A stretch of DNA of 64,000 bases from Azolla caroliniana (Eukaryota; Plantae; Polypodiophyta), in the NCBI GenBank assembly GCA_043228905.1, contig JBHGNT010000005.1, positions 4,030,001 to 4,094,000 of the forward strand, in the 5' to 3' direction. Position numbers and translations under genes: made by a program. Under the pieces are notes generated by a model. That model was not told where the DNA came from. It ran no database searches and worked only from the letters and a program-made list of their open reading frames with translations. Of the stretch, positions 52,451 to 64,000 are shown in pieces; the first letter of the stretch is position 1; each line of letters begins with the position of its first letter.

Positions 52451-53274
52451 ATGTGGGCACACTCAAAGAGTAGAGTGAGAAAAGAAGCTAGACACTCTTG
52501 AGCATATATGATGTGCTCGGCTTGCAATCTTGTTCGATGCATGAACTTTCTGCAATCTGTAACTACCATTATATTGATGTTGATATTCTCCAATTGATTC
52601 CCTTTTTAAATCGCTTTTTCGTTGGTTCCCACATTTGCAAAGGGGTTGTTTGCAAGGTGTTTTGCCTCCTTGTAGGTGAACTCTTTAGTGTTCAAGCACG
52701 TAAAGTATTTGTTATTGTTTTTTAAGGAAATTGGTAAATTCACAGTTTTTCCCCTACTTTCACAGTTTTTTGGGGGGGATGGAATTTGGCTATCATTTGT
52801 AGTGCAAATATGTAATCATATTTCTGAACTAAAAAAAAAAAATTGTGAAAATACGGGCAATTTCCTTTTTTAAACACGAGCAAAGTTTATGGATTAAACT
52901 TATTGAGTACACTCTGTTGGTTCCAAAGTCCTATTCTTCAAAACAATCGTCATTTTCTTAGTGGCATTCCTTATATTGATTATAAATTTGATTTCCACTA
53001 TATTCAAGAAGGTTGTAGCCCTTAAGGAATGAAGTTTATTTGTTGTCAATATACATCTTTCACTACATATAAAAGTGTGAGACCATATCAAAATGTGATA
53101 AAGCATGGAGAAACATAAAAAAGCCAATATTGTTCATGGGAAGATACATGCACAAACTTATGGGTGGCATTGAAATTTGAAGCCCAGCTCAATCTTGATA
53201 ATAATTATCGATGAGATTGTGGATATGTCCAAACAATTGATATTGTCTTTCCTTTGGACCCACAAATACTAATT

Positions 53275-53650
53275 TTCTAGACTGATAGAAGCTCAATCTA
53301 GAGTAATACATGATATATACTTAGACACCATGTTCATAATTGCAAATGTCATCAAATGGCTATGAGATGTCACTCAATGGTCCAAGTCTTTCTCATCAAT
53401 ATGGTTATATATATTGTACCGAGATGCTAGGCTCAAAACAAATTACTTTCAACAAATAAAACCTTCTCTAGATTGATTGAAGCTCGGTCTAGAGTCATAC
53501 ATGATATATACTTAAGGCACAATGTTCATAATTGCATATGTCATGAAATGGCTATGAGATGTCACTCAATGGTCCAAGTCTCTTTCTTGTCTATATGGTT
53601 GCATATTTGCACCAAGATGCTTGGATCAAAACAAATCACTCTCGACAAAC
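53275..53650. repeat. Diverged ~190-bp tandem duplication
   Basis: CTAGA(C/T)TGAT.GAAGCTC..TCTAGAGT.ATACATGATATATACTTA...GGCTATGAGATGTCACTCAATGGTCCAAGTCT occurs twice. Confidence 0.9.
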
Positions 53651-56585
53651 AAAGCCAAGATACATCAATAGTTTAAATGCCAATGCAAAATGGAAATTTG
53701 CATGACCAATAACTATTTATACCATAAATTCTAAGTGTTCAAAGTTGTCTGCTGCAAAAATGATTGTTTGATTACACTTCTAACAAACACATTCAATAGA
53801 CAAATTCAACTCCATTTTTCACATGGTTGCTTCACATCCTTCCATTTACTAACCATGTACCGTTCACAACTTTACCTCATGGAGTGTAGTTTTCTTCTCT
53901 TTTACTTAACCTAAGGTTGCTTAATTTGCATGAAATGGAATACATAGTATAGTTTGTCTCATGTAAAAGAACTCATCTATATTAGGTAGATAAATGTGCA
54001 AGATAGTGATCAATGCAATTATCACGCCAACTAATTAATGGACAATTGTGGGCCTCAACAGGAAAATCTTTTTTAAAATCGTTATTTATGCAAAGATACA
54101 AGAAGGTAAAGTTGATGAAGAAAACGAAAGATAATAAGTACATGCTCTACTTCCTATCGGTGTATACAAAATTACACATATAGTGGAAATTTGTATTCGA
54201 CATAAAGTATAGTCTGCATCCAACGAATATAAACGAGAGTGCGTAGAGACTTTAATAGGAATAAATGAATGCATAATTTAAAAGCAATCCTTATAAAAGA
54301 ATACAAATGGGAAAGTGCAACTTGTATTCTAATTTCTGACTATTGCCAAGGCATAGGTGAAATCTCGTGCTTGTGGTTTTTATTAAATGAAATCTCCATG
54401 TGAATAAGGGTGGTGATTATGTTTGTGCCAAAAGGGAGCTACTAAACATGTCAATCAGATTTTTATATGCATATCACATGAGCCAAGGCAAGAGAGTTTG
54501 TTCCCACTTATAGAACAAAGGATTCAACCATCCCTCAATATTTGGAGGATAGGTGTTAGCAAGAACAATATTTAGTATTCTTTTTCAATACCATGCTATG
54601 CATATTTAGCTCAATAAAGTAATGGTTTAAGGGTGTTTGACCATTCTTAACACTATTGAGCAAATGACTAGAGACAAACATAACATACCATTGGTGTCTT
54701 GTCGCCCTACAACCTTTTTCTTCCTAATCTTTATAAAAGGGTGATAGAGTTGTGAAGAGTTCAAAGTGAAATATGTAGGGGGTGGAAGCTAGCTAGCATG
54801 CTGGGTATTGACCATAATTCATTGGAACATTCTTGTGAAAGGCATAAGGGTCAAAAACAAATCTAGTGTGAGGTATCACATTGTTAGACGAAACTAATCC
54901 AAAAGAAGAGAGCTTTGCTTCAACAATACAGTTTCGACAATGTTTCAAGTTATTATTAAAAGCGATAGCTAGACCCCTTATGTAACCCAACATCTTAGGC
55001 TCCCAAACCACCACACACCACACACCATAGGTCCTTTTGTTTTTTACCAAGCCTTAGGATGACGAGTTTCCTTCTCATTCTACCCTTAAACCATTATTAC
55101 AATTGGCTTTACATTATGGTCATTATGGTTATGCCAGGAACACAATGAAATGCAATGATAAGTTTATTTTCACTTAAAACACCGAGATAGACAAAAATAG
55201 CAAAATTTTATCTCCTCTTTAATACCCATAACATGGTTGTACCCAAATTCAGACGTAATGATCATGCAAGAAAATTGAATGTTTCATTCATATAATAATT
55301 TACTTAATCTTTGGGTCATGGCCTATTGGGCGTGTATTGTGTTTGGGCCATCGTAGAATGGCCGGGTGAATCCCACCAATAGGAAGGAGGATCATAGTCT
55401 TCATCAGTCTCCGTTGTGCACTTAGTGTTCAAGTTTACAAGCTAAACATCGACGCCAATTTTTACTTTGTAGAAAGCTAGGGCAATTTCAAAATAGTTCT
55501 TCACAATAAACAAAATTCAAATTGATCGCTTTTGTTTCTCATTCAAGACAAGAAAGTTGTATGTTGTGGAATAAACATTTAGGACATTATGCAATTAATT
55601 TTATAGAAACAAACGTCACCTTGATGAAGTGTGGTATATGTAACTCTTGTTTGAGGACTATGAAGCCTTCAAAAGGCATTAGTAGAATGAGCAAACAAGT
55701 TTTCATGAGTATAGAGAATCTTGAACATCAAGTCTAGCTTTTTCAAGAGGTAAGAAAACCAAAGCCATTTTGGAAATGAGTAATAGGTCTTACGTCATAA
55801 ACACAACAACATTACAACTAGCTTACCGTTTTGGTGGATCCTTGGTAGATCACTTATTGAAAATGTACTGGGATTAGGCAAATAATATTGTGCTAATTTT
55901 CTAAACAATATGAAAGTACCCTAAAGGTTGTATAAAAATGGCAACATATACCCTCGATCAACCTAGAGTAAAAAATGTATCCACATTTTGATAAATTGAC
56001 TGTACTGAGTGTGATTTGATATACTTTTCACTGAGACATAGGAGTCTTGCTAATACTTCATATCCTTTGTGAATGATAAATTGGAGTATACTTACATGTT
56101 AAGCTTATCTTTTGTGTCACAACTCCCAAGTTACAAATAGGAGGGTTTGCATATTTCACCCCAAAAAACGTAGTCAAAGTTGTTGAAAAGATTATAAATC
56201 AAAATATGACAAGAAAACCAAATAATAGTAGATTGTTTATTTATCACTTGCCATTTGATTTTAGTTAAGTTAAGAGCATCCATTTGCAAAAAAATAGCTA
56301 TATTTAAAGTGTATAATTTAACATACAACATGTACAAAATTTCATGGTATGTAATGTCACATGTACAAATTTCATGCGTTATTATGTGCCGTACATATGT
56401 CGTGCACAAGCTGTAACATAATTGAGGGCACTTCTAGAGTGTAAAAATTCATGTGAAAGATATGTAACAATATATGTACAAAAACTCATGTGAGCTTTTA
56501 TATGTAACAATGATCAATGAAGGAGTACTATAAAGAAAACCATTACTATAGAGCTTGATATGTCACTCATAAAAAGTGTTAACAT

Positions 56586-57008
56586 ATTTATGATAGAAAG
56601 CATACTTAAATGGTGATGACGATGAGCAAGACTTTTGAAGAGGATTCAAGAGATAATGAATAGAATTTGAGGGATGGTCTCAGAAGGATGGCAACAAAAG
56701 AAACGGATTAGAATCTTAAAAAGCTTAGGTTTCTATATAAATACCTAGAAGAATGTGCATGTAGTGAGATGCACCTTGGAGATCACACGGTTTGCAAATT
56801 TATGATAGAAAGCATACTTAAATGGTGATGACGATGAGCAGGACTTTTGAAGAGGATTCAAGAGATAATGAATAGAATTTGAGGGATGGTCTTAGAAGGA
56901 TGGCAACAAAAGAAATGGATTAGAATCATAAAAAGCTTAGGTTTCTATATAAATACCTAGAAGAATGTGCATGTAGTGAGATGCACCTTGGAGATCACAC
57001 GGTTTGCA
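56586..57008. repeat. Near-identical 212-bp tandem duplication in LTR-like sequence
   Basis: 56586-56797 is repeated at 56798-57008 with ~4 substitutions; each unit contains a TATA-like CTATATAAATACC. Confidence 0.92.
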
Positions 57009-58817
57009 TATTGCCAACTTTTTCCCCGTGTTCATTAAAACGTGTTCCAATGTCTTTCTAGATTGAAAGAAACGAAAAGAGCCCTTGAAGAAAGGGGTGA
57101 AATAAAAGAAACCACCTTATATGATTTTTTTCTAGTTCCTCTTAATACTTATATGATATATCTCACGTCTTACGTCTAGAGTTCTCTCTTTCTCTCTCTA
57201 AGTTAATCTTTGCAAATTTAATGACTTCCATTTTCTAGTTTCTCCCTTGGTGTCTAAACACTATGTCATCAATTGTTTGCAACAACGCGTCACATTCTAC
57301 TTTGCATGAAATGTCTTATTTGCTAACCCATCTTTTAAGGAACAATACGTCTTTACTTACTAATCATCGACACAACTCTTTAAATCCAGCCAAGTCATAA
57401 GATAAATCTCATCAATACTTCCAATATAATTAAAACAATTATTTGACTTCTCAATCTCTTAGTGGGTGGCATTGTTTTTGTTTCAATATTTATATCTTCT
57501 ATTTACTTGGTCAAGCTTATATCAATTCTTCTTTCATTGGTTCCTAGAAATCAATTCATTGCCATGTTTGTAGATAAGATGATGCCATGCATCACACATT
57601 ATGCTTTCAACTATGTGTAGATTTTTTTGTTGGTCATGTTCTAGTACAAATTTGTAGTACTTGTTTTATATCTTTTGCATTATGTTTTCAAGAGCTTTGA
57701 TGAGCGCTACATGCTACATGCAACTCTCCTCAAGTGGCACATTAAAGGCATGAAAGGGAGAAGTTATTTCAGTTAATAGTCTCATATAAATGTATAATTC
57801 TATAACTGGGTTATAAGGTAGATTCATTGCTTAGGATATAAGTATGAAACAATGCACATCATTTCGCTTTGCACATAATGCCTTCTTTTGCCAGCCATGT
57901 TTCAAGGTTTGGCATCTATTTGATGCTATATAATATTTGAATAATTGTCATTCTATCTTGAATAGGATAACTTCATCCTCCATCAACTTGAAAGATGAAA
58001 ACGTTATTATATTTACTAAGTGGGGTGATTCCTTCCCTAATTATAAATATATGGGATTTTAATGTTATTTCTCATGAAATCATTGCAACCATAATTGAAG
58101 CCACAACAAAACCAAAGATAAAGGAAGCTGATATTCTTCTATTCCTATGCCAAAAGTTGGGTTGTCATAACTACTTGAATTTAGGTGTAATGGAAACACA
58201 CGGTAAAGAATATTAATATCCAAACCTTTACTTGTATTTGAAGTTTGAACATTCTTCATCCCTCCAATGCAAAAGCTCCATTAAAGAACATGAAATATCA
58301 ATTTATGGCTAACACATGCATATACTTTACTAAATATTTTGCAAGCTTGATAACTTATCAAAAACTTGTGTAAATTAAAATTAAATCAAACCAAGCTCTC
58401 CGCGTGGAGAGGTGATGCTTATGTATATCATCATCATCATCATCTAGAAAGTCAAACACACCCATCATACCGAAACATCAAAATATTATATTTATATGTA
58501 AATTGTAATTATCCAAAACAGAGCATGCTAAGTTAGGTGTGGAAAGAGAGAATTCCGAAACTTAATACACAAGATATATATACATTAACATCTGCCAGGG
58601 ATCTGGTGTCTGAAAGCCTGACTATCGGTGGCATTTACTGGATACATATTAGTATTCTTAACTACAGAAGCGAAAATGGAGAAATCCCAACTATACATGT
58701 ATACAAACAAAGAAAGAAAAAACGAGAAAGAGGCCTTACGTAAAGCCCAATCCAAAACATTGACATCTTGCTTTAGACTTTTTGTTCGGTGCTCTTTCTT
58801 CTTTGTTTTCTTCATTC

Positions 58818-61800
58818 TCAACAATAGAACATAACTCTCTTGACATTGTCTTTCACTGCTGGGAGGGGCCGTACTGAGGTCCCAGAAGTGCGAGTGGTAC
58901 GGGAACCCGAGCTTCCGGTTGCCATGCTTCTCACAGCCGGGCCTGCACCACTAGTTATAGAACCACTCTCTGACTCCGGTTCCATGTAGAATCGAGCTCG
59001 GAAAGCCGCCAAATGTGCGTAGTAAGCAGGAGGAACTACCACATGTGAAAAACAATGACATCAAATCAATATGAGTATATACATTTCCTTACATGAATTT
59101 GTAAGGAAAAATGAGGATATATATTTTTTCCTTAGATGAATTTGTAAAGTAAATTAGTATATATGCTTTCCCTCACACGAAGTTACGAGGAAAAATGAGT
59201 ACATATTGGATTTGTAAAGGAAATGAGTATATCTGCTTCCCTCACATGAACTTGAAAGAGAAAATAAGTATACATACTTTTCCAAACATGAATTCGTCAC
59301 GAATTTGTCAGCAAAAACAAGTATAGAACATAGGGTTTCCTTGCATGAATTAGTGAGAGAAAACGAGTCTATGCTTTTCAGAACATTTGTATGAGGGAAA
59401 TTGAAGTATTTTGGGAAACGACATGCCTAGCATTTTCCAGATATTGACCCGAATACCCCTATAAGTTTATAGAAAAAACATTACGAACCTGAATATTGGA
59501 GATATTTGGGGTAATTTCTTGAAAACTTAGGTGTATACTCTATCTAAGCTTGGAGTTTATGAAAGTAATTAAGTTTTCTAAAATTTACGGGTATTTTCAT
59601 AAAAACCCAAGAAACAAAGGGGTATAACAACGTGTAATGTACAATATATTCCAGAACTTACCAATAGAGACAGAGCGCGTGCATCGAGCATACCTGCCAA
59701 TATATTTGACAAGATGAGGATTAACTAGAAATTATGTGGTATCAACAACAATTATTCTGCCTTTGTTTTTTGAGCACATGGCATTTAATGACATTCAAAT
59801 AAACTTAATTTGTGCCCATTTCTTATCCAAGTTACAGCACAATACATTGACACTTATTTTTTCAATGATAGTATTGATCGCATTAATCAAAGACGCATTA
59901 GATAAGTGTGCTTACGTGTAACAAAGGTTGTTTGTAAGTAGTTGTAAGCCATCTGCTGTGAATTTGTTCTCATCCCACAGCACATGATAATGGGCAGGTC
60001 GACTTGTTCCCTGCAATCATGAGAAGCGAGAGTTGAATTCGTTAACTTTACTTTCATAAAAATCTCATCAAAACCATAGCAAACTTCTTCACAAGAAATT
60101 ATCTACGTGACAATAGTGACTTCTATCAGCCATGCAACATAGATGGGCTGTATCTACTATATCCTTTGGATATAGCTTCACCAAAAGCATTCATTGCTGA
60201 CATACACGTGACCATATTGACAAATGACGCCTTATATCAGCCATGTTACATAGTGGTTTTACATTCCCTCTTCTGAAATAGTTTTAACAAAAACCATAGC
60301 AAACCATTCACAAGAAGCTCACCAAAATGACAGCTTTGGCCACAAGAAGTTACATACTTGACCATAGTGCTTGAAAATTTCATGCTTACCTGAATACCCG
60401 CATGGCTACAGAGGTAAAAGTCAAACTCAGTAGGATGACATATCCGGGAATCAACAACAGTGCCTGCTTGATGACCGGCACAACCATTCAGGAAATGTCA
60501 CATAAACAAAAAACAATCAATAATCATACAACATTTATCAGCAACAATTCACCTGGGAGGATGTTTCCACTATGGTCGATGCTCCGTCTATCATTATGAT
60601 TGTTCGCAAACAACCGTGTATGATGCCGTTTCTGAACTACTACAAATGTAACTGGAGGCTGATAATTTGGTTCAAGCGATGCACAAGCCTGTCCAAGGTT
60701 GCCAAATATCAATTTAGCTATAAGTGGTCATGAATAATGTGTGTAATCTACATAAGCGGCAACCAATAAATACAAGGCTGGCTGAAATCAGTTTCAGGTG
60801 TTTCATATACCCTACGAATAGCATCAAGTTCATATAGAAGCACTTGATAGAATTGGCCTTCGCTTACTCCATCCCTGCATAAAACGTTTATAGCTAATAA
60901 TTCCACATGATATGAGAAAAATAATAGTGTTTGAAAAAGGGTAAGACTTTCACCTATAAAAGATAATCCGGCGAGGCTTTTGGCCTGTTGCTCGCCTGAA
61001 GGAGATTAAAAGCTCCCTGCATATATATAGATTGTGAGATTACTGCACAAATCAAAATTCTCTTACATTAGAAACTAATGCATAAACACTAGTTGGGACA
61101 AGAACTTGCTTTATCATTCCTCCAGTTTGTGGGCCATGAACAGGATCGACCCAACACTTGAATAAGTCTTGAATCAACTCTTGCCTATGTTCTTGTGCAC
61201 ACACCAATCCAGCATATTTTGTAACCTCCGGCCAATCTTGTGATGCCACAACCTAACATTTAAAAAATATTACAAAAACCAGTTTAGAAGCAGCAGCAAC
61301 GTCAAATGAACCATCCAAGTATGAAGGACTCACGGCAGCAATAGAAGGACTAGAATCTTCTCCAGGATGGGGATGTGTCACATCAGCTCCAAATATAATG
61401 GTTGGTAAGTCGCTGACAAGAGGAATGCGGCGGGACAGTGCATCAACGAGCACAGTATTTCTTCCACCAACCTTCACATTTATCTTCAAAGCTACATTAG
61501 CAAGATATTGCTTGCTCATCTTGTATACATGCTTGGTTAAGCAACATTGCGACACTAAGCCAAGATCTGTTTCACATATACGTTTCAAATCACCTGTACA
61601 ACCATTGGCATGGAAATTTGTTAATGATAAATGTTCTTAAGCCTTATAGCATTGTAGACACAAAACAAAACAATCCAGTTTAGAAGTGAACAATTTGTTA
61701 AAATGCAGACTAATGGATTGCATAGCTGCATACGTTGACCAGTTATGAGAGGCGTATTTATGTGTGTGTGTGTGTGTGTGTAGGCTCTAGAAGTTTGGAC

Positions 61801-62463
61801 AAAGTATATACTCACCATACAAAGTGCCATTGTTATCAGGCAGAATTACTATAAGCAACTCAAGATCACGCCCATTGTGCTGTGCCTGAAAATCCTTGAA
61901 TACCATCTTCAGAGCTCTTTCGACCTGATCAGGGCGAGCTGAATGTATGCCTATGGCAGGCTCTTGCTTGAAGATCTGTCAGCTCAACAAAGAAAACCCG
62001 TTTAGTTTAAAAAACAAATCAATAACTGTTAACACCATCACAAACTGTTATGATAACGGAACTGCATTTGGTCAAACTAACCATGCCAGATATTTGGCAC
62101 ATTAGTGCCAGCTCTTGACAGAACCGAGCAGCTGCAGTCTCTTGAACACCTCGAGAGAAATTAATGCATGCCCAATAATTCACTACACCTCCATTAACCA
62201 TTTTCTACCAAAAACATATCAAATGAGTGAGAAAGTTATACTCCTCATGTACCCAAAACACTACTTTAAGTTGATAAGTAAATGGAGATAAACCCCTCTT
62301 TACTTTGTCTCTCATGTTCCATTGACCAATCTCTGGTTGGCAAACCTTCAGCTTCCCTGTATCATGGTACTTAAGCTGCACAAATGGGTTTAGTGCTGTG
62401 TCAAAAGGGCAGTTCTAAAGTATCTCTACGGCAAGAAAGCATATATATGTAAACAATATATAT

Positions 62464-62497
<34 letters not shown>

Positions 62498-63767
62498 TTG
62501 TGTAAGGATTATATGTGTGTGTGCGCCTCTATGGGTATATATACATAAATGTATTACATACTAATACATGTATACAACTCAAAACGGCATCAATGACCTG
62601 CGGGGCTGGTAATATTCGAGCTTCGACAGCAGCCAATTTATCACTGATCTTTATACCAAATTCTTTCGCATAAGGATCATTGACATAGGAATTGTGTCGC
62701 ACAGTCTACAAATATTAATACAAATACCACCATTTCATGGATTATAAGCCCGACTTGCTTTCGTATTTTACAATGCATTAAAGATGTTAACTTTCAATAA
62801 CTCTCATGACACTTCGTTCAAAACACATCACTGGCATTTACTTCAAAGCGTATATGCAAAAGGCATTGACTACATGGAAAATATGGCTTTGACATTTAGC
62901 ATTGATTCAGCTGATGTGGCATAAATACCTCCATAATATCTCTCTCCCTATCAATGGGACGCTGGCATGTCACTTTCAAAAGGGCTGTAATCTGCTTCTC
63001 ATTTAGTCGTTTTGAGTACCTCTGGCCTTCAACAATTTTGCATACCTAATGGAGTAGAAGAAATCATTTGCATATAAATGGAACACAAACAACAGATATA
63101 GTGGCATATGTGCAAACCCACCTCCATAGGTAGATAATTTGGACGTTGCTGATTGCCAACTTGCAAACACGGAAGAACAGTGTTCTTGATAGTGTATGCG
63201 TATGTCTCTTGGAAATACTCTACCACAGACTTCATTGTCCCCTTGTCATCAACAGGAAAGCTACATAATATGACACATTAGGATCAGCGACATAAAAATC
63301 AATAACTAAATAATTAAGAATGTCATTCTGTTCTAAGCATTTATTAGTGTGACAGTGTCAATGAGAAAACATAAATTAGTATGACGGTGTCAATGAGAAA
63401 ATATATTCAAGGATTGAATGATAAACGGATGATCTAACATACGTTAGTTCCTGGGTAGGTTGTGATGTTAAACCAGATATTCGATATTTGCGGCGCATGT
63501 TACCACGATGAGTTACTTCCACCTTTACTCCTCTAAGAGCTTTCTTGATCTGGTTATGAATCAAACACAAGAAAAGTGTTACCATTCCATGGGATAATAA
63601 TACGATATTAGAGATAAAGAAGTAGGCACAGATGATTTAAGATTACTCTGCAAAACATACTTTTATTCGGTCAGCATCAGAAAGATGCCGTGAAACATCC
63701 TTGCCAAGTAGCTGGGATACAAAGTCAGGAACCGGAAGAGGCTCAATGAAGGCTGTTGACGACATAT
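58818..63767 (-). CDS. AGO1: Argonaute, AGO1/5/10 clade (closest to AGO1); PAZ-MID-PIWI part, 5' end beyond the window. Exons 63767-63661, 63549-63443, 63260-63122, 63045-62929, 62705-62598, 62375-62304, 62204-62082, 61975-61816, 61593-61334, 61252-61110, 61016-60954, 60874-60811, 60688-60553, 60463-60390, 60010-59916, 59693-59662, 59035-58818
   Basis: [105 protein letters not shown]. Confidence 0.96.
59071..59400. repeat. Degenerate ~41-bp tandem repeat in the last AGO intron
   Basis: About 8 variants of ATGAGTATATAC.TTTCC.TACATGAATTTGTAAGGAAAA. Confidence 0.75.
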
Positions 63768-64000
63768 CTATAAACACAAACAAAGTTTAACCAATGGAAA
63801 CTGAAGCTTAATGCAACAATATCCTCTGAAATCAGCATTAAAGCAAAACAAAAAATATTGTAGACCAAGAAAACAGACCCTACTAATATACAGACTGAAA
63901 ATAGCCACATATATCCACAAAGCAAATAACTCTATGGTTCATTAATACAAACTGAAGCTTATTGCAACGCACCCTGAGATCCCTAACATAAACCAAACAA

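Noticed and set aside
58396-58412. Small palindrome CTCTCC-GCGT-GGAGAG downstream of AGO
   Set aside because: A 6-bp stem is expected by chance
5474-63767. Functional link between the hairpin element and the nearby Argonaute gene
   Set aside because: They are 53 kb apart with unrelated genes between; proximity in a plant genome is not evidence of a shared system

Overview
Eukaryotic, intron-rich, AT-rich land-plant DNA with many (AG)n/(AC)n microsatellites; the repeat landscape suggests a non-seed plant such as a fern, which is an inference. Five host genes can be reconstructed by splicing. They are the 3' end of a WBP2/UPF0664-like gene (+, 1-1341), a TVP38/TMEM64 SNARE-associated membrane protein (+, 10227-16716), a TMEM131-like protein (-, 24790-28793), pyridoxal kinase SOS4 (-, 35523-49107, with a possible long isoform from 49682) and the 3' part of an AGO1-clade Argonaute (-, 58818 to beyond the window). 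The most unusual object is a ~6.6 kb Mutator-like element (about 3213-9804). It has ~110-bp TIRs and a candidate TSD, and carries a spliced zinc-finger/Ulp1-protease gene, a deleted MULE transposase and three tandem arrays. An inverted copy of its own right end (5000-5475) sits inside its first gene and is fused to a 219-bp near-perfect fold-back hairpin (5474-5923). This architecture resembles a maize Mu killer-type silencing allele, and the element ends ~420 bp upstream of a host start codon. The remainder is intergenic or intronic DNA with MITEs, LINE and Ty3/Gypsy relics and local duplications. All coordinates were read by eye; no searches were run.
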